From assembly GCA_008690995.1 (NCBI GenBank), contig VRMN01000002.1:682001-746000 (forward strand): a stretch of DNA of 64,000 bases. The letters are read 5' to 3'. The notes beneath the pieces were generated by a model. It was given only the letters and a program-made list of their open reading frames with translations. It did not search any database and was not told the origin of the DNA. Positions 43,496 through 53,942 of the stretch are shown piece after piece. This DNA is from Porphyridium purpureum. Lineage: Eukaryota. Positions within the stretch are counted from its first letter, which is position 1; the number at the start of each line of letters is the position of its first letter. Made by a program: the position numbers and the translations under genes.

Positions 43496-44096
43496 CCGTC
43501 TTACCACCATTTGTACATGAATAGATGAATTGTATTTAGAATGTGAAATAGGACGAACTTTGCCATTATTTGTAGGACGCCCCATGCGTCCAAACGGTGT
43601 GCGTCTATCCTTTTTTTCGGGGCATTGATCTCGCGGCGAGTACTCGCCACTTTCGTAGTTGGCCCGTGACACGGAAGAAAGATCCCTTTCTGCAGTAGCA
43701 AGAACTCTTCCCGTTCACCGTTCCTTGCGTCAAGCCCGTCATCGTCCAGAAAAGAAGCAAGAGGCGTCAGCCTCTGTCACCATCATCAAGCACCCTGCGA
43801 GCGACTGCACGCTTTGCCTCGAGGCATGGCGGTGCGACCACAACTTTTGCACGCACTCGCAGCGTTCTTGTGCGAGGAGGCGTGTCGCCATTCCGCCCCT
43901 TGCTCAAGCCGAACCGAAACATCAACTTGTGCAAGGAGCTGCGGAATCAATTTTTGTGCGTCTTGGCATCGGCCGCCCAAAACGCCTGGCCCTCGGCCTT
44001 TGCCCACTTTAACCACAACTTTATGTCATCCATTCCACCCGACACCACGAGCGATCATCCCACCGAGGTCATGCGAACGAATTAGAAAAGAGAATT

Positions 44097-46703
44097 TTAT
44101 TGAGCTCGACCAGCCCACTTGATCAGTTTCTTGTACAGTTTCGAGTCTCTAGCTTGGCCCGTGGCATGGCTTGAACGCACCTGCCACATGTTTACAATCC
44201 TGGCGGGCACGGTAACACCAAGGCCAACGGTTGCGCGCACCGCAGAAAAAAGGCTCGCGGCGGTCATCTGTTCCCAATGATGGCCAAGCAGAAGCTGAAG
44301 TTCGAGCTTCAGCTCCTCAGTCGGATCCAGACTCAATCTCTCGAGATCAGTCAGGAAGGCAGAGGCTTCGCTCGGGCTTAGAAGCGCGTAATTTCGACAT
44401 GAGAGCGAGATGGCGTCGTGAAATGCAGAATGGTGCACATCGCTGTCTTCCGGCATAAACCCTAGATGGGCACACGCACGCCAAAAGTGCAACCACTGTC
44501 GTGCTTCCGCGGCTTTCTCGATGCTCTTGTGCTCAGAACAGCCAGCGTCCGACCGAAACATGGATCGGAGAATTCGCTGCGAGAGAGCCGGAGTGGGGAA
44601 GAAGTCCCGAGAGGCAAGCGCTTCGAACAGCCGCATTGCACTGGCGACGCTCAACGTCGAATCATCTGCGCACTGTACAAATGCCCGTGTCCATTCTTTT
44701 TCGAGCGTATCGGAAAAAGTCACATTTTGGTCGACCAGGAAATGAAGGACCGCGAGCAGCTGCGATGCATCAAACAGGTCGATCAGACGGCAAAACGCGC
44801 CAACAAACTTGAAAAGACACAACTCTGGTACAGGCTTTGATTCCAGCAGTATTACGCTCCGACACAACTGGGGGGCTTCAAATTGATTCTCGGAGTTGGG
44901 CAGGAGAAAGACATCAAATGCATTGAACCACGAGTATAGAAAGTGGGACGATGGCTGGATGTCCAGCTGAATCAAGCTTTCAAGCACGAGGCTGATCTCC
45001 GAAACCGTCATATCCGCGTAGCATTTCTGAAAGCACGCATCCCACAACGCGAGCAAGTAGGGATCTGGCCGCTGCCCGAGCTCTGCAAAGCTTGAGATCA
45101 CGGACGACAAAGTCGAGCCCGTAACACTGGTCAGGACAACGTCACTGAAGCGAGCTATCCAGAGCTCCCAAAATTCAGACGGCGGTTCCAGCTGAAGGGA
45201 CGCGAGTGAGCTCAGGCAGGTGTCGAGTTCTTCTGCAGTGAAAACGCGGGAAACGCCGGCAAACGCGCTGTACCACATCTCCATAAACGAATTCGGTGCC
45301 TCCGCGCTGAGCAAGGCATGCGCTTCAACAATACGAGACAAGGACTGAGATGTGAAACTCGGCGCCATAAAAGTAGATGCGGCGTATATCTTGCGAAGGC
45401 AAGCCTCACTAGGTAGCTGCCCTAGCAGACCAAAGGACCATAAAAAGGAAGCAATCTGGTGCTGTGAGAAAGTCGCCCATTGTACCATGAAGCATTCGTC
45501 CCACGCTTCATAAAAAGGCATACCTGCATCGATGCCCAGCATCGCAAACGACCACAATCCATTTGTAAGCGCTTGACTGTTAAAATCTCGCTTCAAGACC
45601 AAGAAGCGATGCTTCCAGTGCTCCAAGAAACTTTCGGGAGGTGCATGATCCATTTTGACGTGTGCCCATAACGCCATGGTCATTTCTTTGGGGGAGAAGC
45701 TGTCCAAATCACCCGCCGCAGCGTACCAGCGGTCGAGGAACAGGTCGCTCGGTTTCTTCGAGAGCAAGCCAAAGTAATACATTACACTTGCAAGCTGCTC
45801 TCTCGCTAGTTCACAGACATGGTTTGTCATAAGCGAGTCCCAACTCGCGAGAAACCCAGTGTCCTTGTCAAATGTCTTCATGATGTCAAAGTTGACGGCG
45901 TCCTTTCGCACAAACCGCGCGACGCACTCCAACACTGCTATCATTTCATCTGTACTAAAGCGCTCTTGCCTTCGAGCTCCGTAATGAAGTGACGTGAGCC
46001 ACTGGAACAGATCTAGCGTTTCGTCTGCCTTGGGAATGTGATTCAATGTCCGATGCTGCATAAACTGAAGTGACGCTGAGTTTCCCCGCACGAAAACAGA
46101 CCCAAAGCTTCTTGGCTTCCTTCTTTTCCTATTCACATTTCGACTCTTTTTCTGATGGTTCTTTTCTGTCATGTGACTACTGGAAAGCGCTGCGTGCGTC
46201 GATGTTGAATGATTATGCGACGCCGTATAGGTGGCGGCAGTTGTGTCACCAGCCCTGTGTTTTGAAGTAGGTGTTCCGGTACGCTCACTGACGCCATGTT
46301 TGCCTTGGTTTATCGTTTTCCTGCTTCTGGGTCTTATCAATGCCGGTACTGGCATGGACGAAGGCCCATTTCTGCCTCTATCCTGGCCGTCGTCCGCCAG
46401 AATAAGTGTCTCGAATGCGTCGCTGTGATTCACGCCGTCCTCATGAGCCTTCATCAGCACAACAAGGACATCAGTGTCCAGCCTCCTGGCTGCTTCTCGC
46501 CCAATTCTCGCGCGCCCATTGGGCTGGAGCCGATCGTGACGCGAACATCCGCACGACGTCGTCCTTGCCCATGCCACCTTCGACACGCGCTTCCAGTCCG
46601 CGCGCATTTGAACCAAATCGCTCCGCCTACTGCGCGCCCTGTCCGGAAGAAACAACGCGCTCGCGCCTGCGGCAAACGCGGCGGCGCTTCCGCATGCTTT
46701 CAT
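44097..46703 (-). CDS. Octotricopeptide repeat (OPR, Tbc2-like) organellar RNA-binding protein
   Basis: Consecutive 38-aa repeats, e.g. FSPKEMTMALWAHVKMDHAPPESFLEHWKHRFLVLKRD; transit-peptide-like N-terminus. Confidence 0.85.
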   Translation of the reverse strand: MKACGSAAAFAAGASALFLPDRARSRRSDLVQMRADWKRVSKVAWARTTSCGCSRHDRLQPNGRARIGREAARRLDTDVLVVLMKAHEDGVNHSDAFETLILADDGQDRGRNGPSSMPVPALIRPRSRKTINQGKHGVSERTGTPTSKHRAGDTTAATYTASHNHSTSTHAALSSSHMTEKNHQKKSRNVNRKRRKPRSFGSVFVRGNSASLQFMQHRTLNHIPKADETLDLFQWLTSLHYGARRQERFSTDEMIAVLECVARFVRKDAVNFDIMKTFDKDTGFLASWDSLMTNHVCELAREQLASVMYYFGLLSKKPSDLFLDRWYAAAGDLDSFSPKEMTMALWAHVKMDHAPPESFLEHWKHRFLVLKRDFNSQALTNGLWSFAMLGIDAGMPFYEAWDECFMVQWATFSQHQIASFLWSFGLLGQLPSEACLRKIYAASTFMAPSFTSQSLSRIVEAHALLSAEAPNSFMEMWYSAFAGVSRVFTAEELDTCLSSLASLQLEPPSEFWELWIARFSDVVLTSVTGSTLSSVISSFAELGQRPDPYLLALWDACFQKCYADMTVSEISLVLESLIQLDIQPSSHFLYSWFNAFDVFLLPNSENQFEAPQLCRSVILLESKPVPELCLFKFVGAFCRLIDLFDASQLLAVLHFLVDQNVTFSDTLEKEWTRAFVQCADDSTLSVASAMRLFEALASRDFFPTPALSQRILRSMFRSDAGCSEHKSIEKAAEARQWLHFWRACAHLGFMPEDSDVHHSAFHDAISLSCRNYALLSPSEASAFLTDLERLSLDPTEELKLELQLLLGHHWEQMTAASLFSAVRATVGLGVTVPARIVNMWQVRSSHATGQARDSKLYKKLIKWAGRAQ

Positions 46704-46799
46704 GCCAAGCAACGCCTCTTTTCGTCGCCCGCCCTTGCCTTTCGCCACCACTCGCCGCACGCCCTTTCACACGCGGAAGCCGATAAACTGTTAAGCCGA

Positions 46800-46876
46800 T
46801 ACGCCAGTACGCCGGTACGCCGGTACGCCGGTACGCCGGTACGCCGGTACGCCGGTACGCCTGTACGCCTGTACGC
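46800..46876. repeat. 8-bp tandem repeat (TACGCC[G/A/T]G), about 9.6 copies
   Basis: TACGCCAG, then 6 x TACGCCGG, 2 x TACGCCTG, then TACGC. Confidence 0.95.
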
Positions 46877-47083
46877 AGATAAACCGGACCGCGAAACGAT
46901 GTCGATTGAGGTACAGTCATAGACTGTACAGCCTGGCGACGCTGCAGGAGAGCAAACCGCGAAACGTAGCGCGAGATGGGAGACAGTGGTGTGGGGAGGA
47001 GATGGGATGTTGGGTCGAGACGTGTGGATGGTGGCGCTTCTCGTGAAATTGTGTCTGTGATTCTCATGAACGCGTCGATATCC

Positions 47084-48115
47084 ATGTCAGTGGAAAGCAC
47101 GCCTGGGTTTGTGGGTCTGGTGGGAAGGGGGATCCCGTCCTGCGCGGGTTTGTCGCGGCAGCGCGCTGTTGTATGTGCGATGTCGTCCTTCACGCCGCCG
47201 CGCTCGCCGACGGACTCGCATCCGCATCGCGTCGATTTGTCGCCGATCGCGCGCACGCGCTCGCTCAAGAGCGTCTCGCCCCGTACAAGTTGGAGAGGCT
47301 GCTCGCGGAATGAAGGCTTGGTGCGCAAGAACACGCGCGAGCTGTATGGGATTCCCGAACCGCAACAGGGCCAGCGGTTGACCCTGGATGATATTCGCGA
47401 GACACTCATTCGCCAGGAGGAGACGATCATTTTTGCGGTCATTGAGAGGGCTCAGTTCAAGAAAAACGCTGTCATCTACGAACCGAACGGGCTCAAGGTG
47501 CCCAACTTTGATGGGTGCTTTTCGGATTTCTTGCTGTTTGAGCTGGAAAAGGTGTACGCCAGCGTCCGAAGATACACAAGTCCAGACGAAACTCCCTTTT
47601 ACCCGAGAGATCTGCTTCCTGAACCGGTGCTTGTCAGTCTAGAATATCCCCGTACGCTGGTCGAGAACGCAATCAACATCAATGAAAAGGTGCGCCAAGT
47701 CTATCTTGAAAACATCCTGCCGCAGATTTGTGAGCAAGGCGACGATCAGAACTACGGCTCCAGTGCCGTGTGCGACGTGGCTTGTCTTCAGGCTTTGTCG
47801 AAGCGTATCCACTACGGCAAGTTTGTGGCAGAGGCGAAATTTCAGCAAGATCCCGCGGGTTACTCAAAGCTGATTGCCCAGGGAGACAAGGAGGCGATCT
47901 GGCAAAAGCTGACGAATGTGAGTGTCGAAGAAAAACTCTTGAAGCGCGTGGAGCGTAAGGCCGCCATGATTGGCCAGGACATCGGTGATGAAGCTGAAGC
48001 GAATCAAGTCGTGTCGTACAAAGTGGAGCCTTCCAAAGTCGTCAAGATTTACGAGGAGTACATCATTCCGCTAACAAAGGAGGTGCAGGTGCTCTACCTT
48101 TTGCAGCGCATATAG
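47084..48115 (+). CDS. CM: Chorismate mutase, eukaryotic AroQ type, plastid
   Basis: LDDIRETLIRQEETIIFAVIERAQF, NYGSSAVCD...LQALSKRIHYGKFVAEAKF, IPLTKEVQV.YLL. Start 47066 or 47084. Confidence 0.96.
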   Translation: MSVESTPGFVGLVGRGIPSCAGLSRQRAVVCAMSSFTPPRSPTDSHPHRVDLSPIARTRSLKSVSPRTSWRGCSRNEGLVRKNTRELYGIPEPQQGQRLTLDDIRETLIRQEETIIFAVIERAQFKKNAVIYEPNGLKVPNFDGCFSDFLLFELEKVYASVRRYTSPDETPFYPRDLLPEPVLVSLEYPRTLVENAININEKVRQVYLENILPQICEQGDDQNYGSSAVCDVACLQALSKRIHYGKFVAEAKFQQDPAGYSKLIAQGDKEAIWQKLTNVSVEEKLLKRVERKAAMIGQDIGDEAEANQVVSYKVEPSKVVKIYEEYIIPLTKEVQVLYLLQRI

Positions 48116-48292
48116 CGCGTCGCTGGAAGTAAGCGCGGATAGGGTGTTTAGCAATGGACTTTCTCACAAGTACTACCGCAGCACAACATGGCTGCTACGC
48201 TGCGAGCGCCGTTCGCCGGAAGAGCTCTGGATGTGTGCCTCGATAGGGTGACGGAAAACGTATTTAAGCATAAATATATTTTTGCATCGATT

Positions 48293-49384
48293 TCACTCAT
48301 CCATGGGGGACCTTGTGCCGGCAAGAATTTTCGCGTCTCCGGGGCAGAGCCAAGTCGGCAGTCCCTCCTCGGTACTACGCAACGCATACTGCATAATAAG
48401 AGGTGATACTTGCAAAGGATGTGTTTCAGGCCAGCAATTCAGTGTCGAAATAGAGGCCTTATTCGCCTCAATGGCGTCGATGTCGCTATTGGGCACATCC
48501 CGCACTTGCATAATGATCCCACCACCGATGGCAATCTCAGCTTTTGTACCGACTGGAACGCTCCCTTCCTGCCCGCGACTATCAGCGCCAGCTGCAGGGA
48601 CTCGCAGAACATCGCGGTAAAACACTGCCCCTAATCTACAGGTCGCAAAAGCGCCTTTCCATTCCTTGGCAACATTCAAATTGACGAGCAGGTCACCATG
48701 TGCAAGTGCGTCGCGCAACAAGTGAAGAGCCTCGCTCTCATCAGCTGGCACGTACTCTGGATCATGATGCTGTAAGGGATCTGTGAGGTCTCGAAATCGG
48801 TTCGGCAGTGCAGTAGGAAGATTTCGAAGCAAGCGCTCGGCGACAAAAACAGTCGCGTCGATGGCTTTCTCGATGCACTCCGGCAGAATCTTATCGTACG
48901 TCGCAATGCTCGACGCGAGCGATGGAAAGCCGTACACGCCCGCCTGCCTTGCGGCCGCAAACGTTCCTGAATACATCACATCAGAGCCCAAGTTCGGGCC
49001 TTGATTGATTCCACTGATCACCAAGCTCGCTGAGATTCCATTCTGATGCAGCACGCCCGAGCGTGGCTCCAGCGCGGCGACGACGCAGTCGGAAGGTGTG
49101 CCTGAGAGACTGAACACCATTGCCCTGTTAAGAGCCCCATTCTTTCCGTTCTCAGTAGTCTCGGCCAATATGTCTTGCTGCCGGACCAGCGAAAGCGGTG
49201 TGTTCATCGTCAGTTTCTGCGCACACGCCGACTGGTTCACCAAGGGCGCCACGACCGTCACTTGGTATCCTCGTTGCAAAAGTCGAGCGGCAAGCTGACG
49301 CATCTCGGGCGCCTCATACCCATCGTCGTTTGTCAGGAGGATGGAGTAGTCGGCCGGATTCTCAATCCCGTGCGACTGATTCAT
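48293..49384 (-). CDS. surE: SurE 5'/3'-nucleotidase
   Basis: ILLTNDDG, GTPSDCV, VISGINQGPNLG..VMYSGT.AAA. Confidence 0.93.
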   Translation of the reverse strand: MNQSHGIENPADYSILLTNDDGYEAPEMRQLAARLLQRGYQVTVVAPLVNQSACAQKLTMNTPLSLVRQQDILAETTENGKNGALNRAMVFSLSGTPSDCVVAALEPRSGVLHQNGISASLVISGINQGPNLGSDVMYSGTFAAARQAGVYGFPSLASSIATYDKILPECIEKAIDATVFVAERLLRNLPTALPNRFRDLTDPLQHHDPEYVPADESEALHLLRDALAHGDLLVNLNVAKEWKGAFATCRLGAVFYRDVLRVPAAGADSRGQEGSVPVGTKAEIAIGGGIIMQVRDVPNSDIDAIEANKASISTLNCWPETHPLQVSPLIMQYALRSTEEGLPTWLCPGDAKILAGTRSPMDE

Positions 49385-49781
49385 TCTACAGCGTGGCGAT
49401 CGAGCCCGATGCGAAGGATGCAACGCAGCGCCGGGTGTTCGTCTCCCGCTCGCAAACGGATTCTGTTTGATCGTGTGCGTCGATACGTCTGGCCCGCGCC
49501 GCTTGACCAAGAAAGAAGGAGCAGCAACCTGCCAAGCTGTTTGTCTGCGGATCTCTGACCTTGTCATCGTCTCCGTGGGGGGACTAGCCTGCTGCGGTGG
49601 CCGACGGGGGCCGCTTATTGCTTGATCAGTCGTCGTTTCCGGTTTATCGGTTGCCCTTCTGCACGCACGTTCTTAGAGAAGTGTTTGTCGTCGAGGCAAG
49701 AGGAGGATATGATTGATGGCAACTCGGGCGCGGTGCAAGAAAGTGTATCCAAGCTGATACTGTTCCTGGACGGAAGAGACC

Positions 49782-50654
49782 ATGAGCAGCAGACAGGAGC
49801 CGCAGACTGCGGCCGCAAGCATGTACGCGCCGTTGCCCCGGAATGTGCAGCCGCGCGGATTTGGCCAGGAGACTGCTGTCGCGGATCTCAGCGAGTTTGT
49901 GGCGTCCATGTTGACTGGTCGGTTGTCAGCGGCGTCCGTCATCCAGAGTAAGCTAGCGGATAAAGTGCTTGTCCTTGACATGAAGAGGCAGTCGGCGCCC
50001 ACGGAAGCGAGGCGCCGCGGGCCTCAGACTTTGAATGTTTTGCGCGTGCCCAAGGCGGGGAAGCGCGCGCTTGCCCGCCTGCGGGCGAAGCAAAGACATT
50101 CCGTGCCTCCCGAGGAGCGCAAGTACAGCATTTTCCAGGCTCTAGAACCGCTTTGGAACGAGTACGCAGCGTCCCAGGTCAGGGCTTCCGTGGGATCGTC
50201 CCCGATGAAGAGCCAGGTTACTAGGCACCTTTTGGAACAGCTGGGCGATCGTGTTTGTCGCATGGATATGCACGGTGCCGTGATCCGCGTGACCAAGAGC
50301 AAAAATGCTGCACTTGTTGGAATTGAGGGAATCGTGGCGCTCGAGACGGCGCGCACATGGGCGGTGGTGTCGAAAGAGAACATCTGGCGAGTGGTTCCCA
50401 AAGTCAGCGTGGTCATCCAAGTCAGAATACCGATTCCAGCAGACATGGTTGTCGGCAGTACCGACGGCAGCGTCGGCGCTAGCAGCCATGCTGATAGGTT
50501 AGAGCAACGCGACCCTGCCGGTACCGATAATCCGGCGCCTGGCGACTCAGCACACGTCGTGGTGTCTGTGAATGGTGGCGCGTTTATCATGCGATCCATC
50601 GAGCGCTCAGCCAAAAAGTGGAAACGGCGCCCTGCTGGCATCATGTGTCCATAA
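49782..50654 (+). CDS. POP4: RNase P/MRP protein subunit p29
   Basis: LWNEY, DMHGAVIRVTKSKN..LVGIEGIV..ET, VPK, RS.ERSAKKWK. Confidence 0.9.
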   Translation: MSSRQEPQTAAASMYAPLPRNVQPRGFGQETAVADLSEFVASMLTGRLSAASVIQSKLADKVLVLDMKRQSAPTEARRRGPQTLNVLRVPKAGKRALARLRAKQRHSVPPEERKYSIFQALEPLWNEYAASQVRASVGSSPMKSQVTRHLLEQLGDRVCRMDMHGAVIRVTKSKNAALVGIEGIVALETARTWAVVSKENIWRVVPKVSVVIQVRIPIPADMVVGSTDGSVGASSHADRLEQRDPAGTDNPAPGDSAHVVVSVNGGAFIMRSIERSAKKWKRRPAGIMCP

Positions 50655-51195
50655 ATTGCCGCACTGCAGCAGACCCGATGGAAACACATTTGCGAGGGAT
50701 GAGGAATTCACGCCGGCGTGAATCTATTGCAGGAGACGGAGACGAATCACCGCCACGCTCAAGGCGAAAACTTGCATTGCTGGTGCCGAGAAATGTCAAA
50801 CGTGTCGAGCACTGGCGACTGCCCAGCAAGCCGAGTTCTCAAAGTTTTAGCTCGCACGCATCGCCAACACGGAACTAAAACTGTACCACTAACTGTACAC
50901 GATCACGCAACCCCTATTTTTCGGGGGCGTTCAGTGTTGATTTGCCCCAGACGCGGAGCGCGGGGCAGGGCGATGCTAGCCCAGGTTGCGACACGCAGCA
51001 ACGTTCGCTCGATGGGCGCGCGGGTCTGGAGATTGGAGGGCAGAAGCGAGACACTGGACGCCCTGTGCGCTTCTGCGGGCAGCGGCGCGTCTTACGGACT
51101 TCAGCGTCCGTGAGCTGGCGCGCGCAGCGGTTCGGCTTGGCGCCCGTGCGGATTCGCGTCGTCGCCGCGCGCGGCGAGCAAGCGTGTTCCGGCGG

Positions 51196-52188
51196 ATGGA
51201 GATCGAGGACGAGTTGCTTCAGATTCTTCTGCCCGCAGACAGAGTCTCTGGGGACCTGTCAGATGCGCAGCGCGATGGAAATACCCCGGCAGAGCCCTTC
51301 TCTCTCTCTCCCGAAGAAAGAATTGACAGGTTGCGGAAACTGGTCGCCACGCACGGACTGCCGCACTCTGCCAACGAAATGGGCACCGAAAAGTTTGGGA
51401 TGTGCAGCCTGCGCGGCATCGTGTGGAAGGCCTTTCTAGGCATAGGAGTCATCCCGGTGCATAATTATATGAATCTTGTCGCGCAAGGGCCCTCGGCGGA
51501 TGCTGAGAAAATAGGCAATGATACCATTCGGACCTTCATCAAGAACGTCGACTTTACAAGTCGCGTTTCCCCAGATATGCTCAGCCGTGTGCTGAACGCC
51601 TACTGTCATGCGCGCGGAAATACCAAGGGTACGTACGTTCAAAGTATGAGCATACTGTGTGCGCCCTTTCTGTACCTGATGCCAGAGCCGGATGCGTTTG
51701 AGAGCTTCAGCGTCTTTCTGGAATGCCACGTGCCAGAGTATGTGAATAATTATCGTGGCGTCTTTAGCGCGTTCCGTCTATTTGAAGAGTGCTTGCGCGT
51801 CGCGGACCGCCAGTTGTACGATCATTTCGTCGGCTACCAGCTCAAGCCCGAGCTGTACGCGTTTTCCACAATATCCACGCTGAACGCGTGCGTGCCGCCG
51901 ATGAGTGACACCGTGAAGCTCTGGGATGTGCAATTGGCATTTGGGGCATATTGGGGTGTCATTTTCACGCTCGCTCGAATCGTGAACTCGAGCGCGCTTC
52001 TCTTGTCGAGTAAGGAAGGTCCGGGAGCTCCGCTGATTACACGGGAGCTAGAACAAGGCTTAGGGATGAATGCAGAGGCAGTCCTTAAGCTGTCCTTTGA
52101 ACTTGTGCAACAATTTGATGCGCATCTGTTGCAAAGACTTGTCAAGCATGCGATACAGCCGCCGCAACCGGAAGATGCCGGGTCATAA
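51196..52188 (+). CDS. BUB2: TBC-domain GAP, Bub2/Cdc16-like
   Basis: LRGIVWKAFL, IGNDTIRTF (Arg finger), RVLNAY, YVQSMSILCAPFLY (Gln finger), ACVPP...VKLWD. Confidence 0.85.
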   Translation: MEIEDELLQILLPADRVSGDLSDAQRDGNTPAEPFSLSPEERIDRLRKLVATHGLPHSANEMGTEKFGMCSLRGIVWKAFLGIGVIPVHNYMNLVAQGPSADAEKIGNDTIRTFIKNVDFTSRVSPDMLSRVLNAYCHARGNTKGTYVQSMSILCAPFLYLMPEPDAFESFSVFLECHVPEYVNNYRGVFSAFRLFEECLRVADRQLYDHFVGYQLKPELYAFSTISTLNACVPPMSDTVKLWDVQLAFGAYWGVIFTLARIVNSSALLLSSKEGPGAPLITRELEQGLGMNAEAVLKLSFELVQQFDAHLLQRLVKHAIQPPQPEDAGS

Positions 52189-52465
52189 GCAGGCTTGTGG
52201 CCAAGTATCGAAACGGAGCAAGAAACCGCTTGTGCATTATTTGTGCTTGACTTGAGAGCCGCATTGGAGATATGATACACTACGGCCACGCCAGCCTGTT
52301 CTCCGAATTTCTCAGGCCGGGCTTTTATCCGGACCCGGCCAAGTGGCACAACATGCAGCGGCGTGTTCTTTTCCATTTTCGTTTTCCGTGTTTATTTTGT
52401 TTTCCCTATTATAAAGACAGACAAGAGGAGCAATCGACACGGATGTCAGAGACTGGTATGAACCT

Positions 52466-53098
52466 CTAGGGCATGAACTTTCCAGCCTGCAGCTGTCCAA
52501 TGATTCCCATCTTGGTCAGCCACATTTGGTGGACCATGCCTCCCACGGCGATCATGGCCAATCTTCCGTTCTTGAGCTCGCTGACCTCGAAGCGCTTGCG
52601 GGCGTCTGGGTTCTTGCCCAGGCCAAGCGGGTCAAAGGCAAAGTAGCCCGGGGCGCGGTCCGACTCGCCGGTGATCATCTGGATCACTGCTGGGGTGGTC
52701 ATAATCTCAAAGAACGACGCAAAGATGAGTACCTGGCCGAGCGGGCCGTTCCACTTGGCAAAGTAGTCGTGCGCCTCGGTGGCGACGGCAGGGGCTCCCT
52801 GGTAGAACGGGAACCTGTAGACCTCCTGGACAATCATCCCGAGCGCGGCAAGCATGCAGATGCGGCCGTGCTTCAGCTCCGACTCGCGCAGCCACTTGAT
52901 GTTGAGGAAGCCCGAGATGTTGAGCGGGTCAAAGCCGACGTCTCCAGCCAAGCTTCCGTCCAGGGCCGGCGGGGCGTCCATGAACGGCACGCTCTTGGAC
53001 TTGGCCATCATGGAGACCTGCACGTTCTTGGTGCATACCGCGGCGCGTCCCACCGACGCGCGCGCCAAGCCGACTCCAGACACAAACGCAGCCGCCAT
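52466..53098 (-). CDS. Lhcr: Red-algal light-harvesting complex I chlorophyll a-binding protein
   Basis: MAAAFV transit peptide, GDVGFDPL, ESELKHGRICMLA, FDPLGL, ELKNGRLAM; strong codon bias. Confidence 0.97.
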   Translation of the reverse strand: MAAAFVSGVGLARASVGRAAVCTKNVQVSMMAKSKSVPFMDAPPALDGSLAGDVGFDPLNISGFLNIKWLRESELKHGRICMLAALGMIVQEVYRFPFYQGAPAVATEAHDYFAKWNGPLGQVLIFASFFEIMTTPAVIQMITGESDRAPGYFAFDPLGLGKNPDARKRFEVSELKNGRLAMIAVGGMVHQMWLTKMGIIGQLQAGKFMP

Positions 53099-53942
53099 CT
53101 TGCAGATCAGAGTTCCGTGTTCAACTTCAACTTCCTGGCGCCTTCACAATCGACTCTACCACCTCGCACACCAGATCCTCCAGTGATCGCACACACTTTC
53201 TCTCTCTCCCCCCCCCCCACCTCCTTCTCAGACCTACTCTGCACCTGCCTTATCTCCGCTTCTGCCAATGGCGTGATGGCGTTCTCATATACGTGCCAGT
53301 TGGCGGCAGCCACACCCCCACCCACCCCCACAGAAGAATCCGAAATCCCTACCAAAATCACGAAACAAACCCCCCAATTGAGACGAGCTCAACAGGACTC
53401 TCTCAGGTTCGTGGTCACCAAGAGGCGCGTCGTGCAGCACGCGCGCAGTGCGTCCCACATCTCGCTGAGCGGCTGCGGCAGTGCGTGCGCCGGCACACAC
53501 CGTACACGCGCGCGCTCGCTCACGAGGTACATTCGCACCGGGTACTGTGCACGCGGTACGGTCCACCCACACACACGCACACATCCACAACACGGCGTCT
53601 GCCATTGCATGCGCATCTCTGTGCACCTCCGCGGTGGGTACAGCGGCGGCAGTACCGTGGGTAGTGGTACAGTGGGCACCGTACCTCAAGAGAACAGACG
53701 GGACGCGCGTCGCGGGTTGTGGGTCAAGCGGTGGGGTGAGAGGTGCAAGGGCAGGGGGGGACATGTGTTGTGGATGTGTGTGGGGGGCTGTGGGGGAGGT
53801 GGTGGTGGAAGGAACGGCGAGCGCGGTAGCTGGCGATGGCGCTCGTGCATGTCGAGGTACGTGGTTGATCGTGTGCGCGGTGTGGTGACATGACGCGCGA
53901 GATTCCGAGCGCACACGCAATGCACGCGGAACGGGGCTGACA

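Noticed and set aside
46800..46876. Possible CRISPR or telomeric array
   Set aside because: No spacers, 8-bp unit, eukaryotic context, internal location and not a telomere-like motif
53749..53808. G-run cluster (possible G-quadruplex) upstream of PCH2
   Set aside because: G/C-skewed tracts occur in many gaps here (e.g. 31800-32600); not specific
52526..53893. 455-aa plus-strand ORF
   Set aside because: Antisense shadow of the codon-biased Lhcr gene, running on through low-complexity promoter DNA
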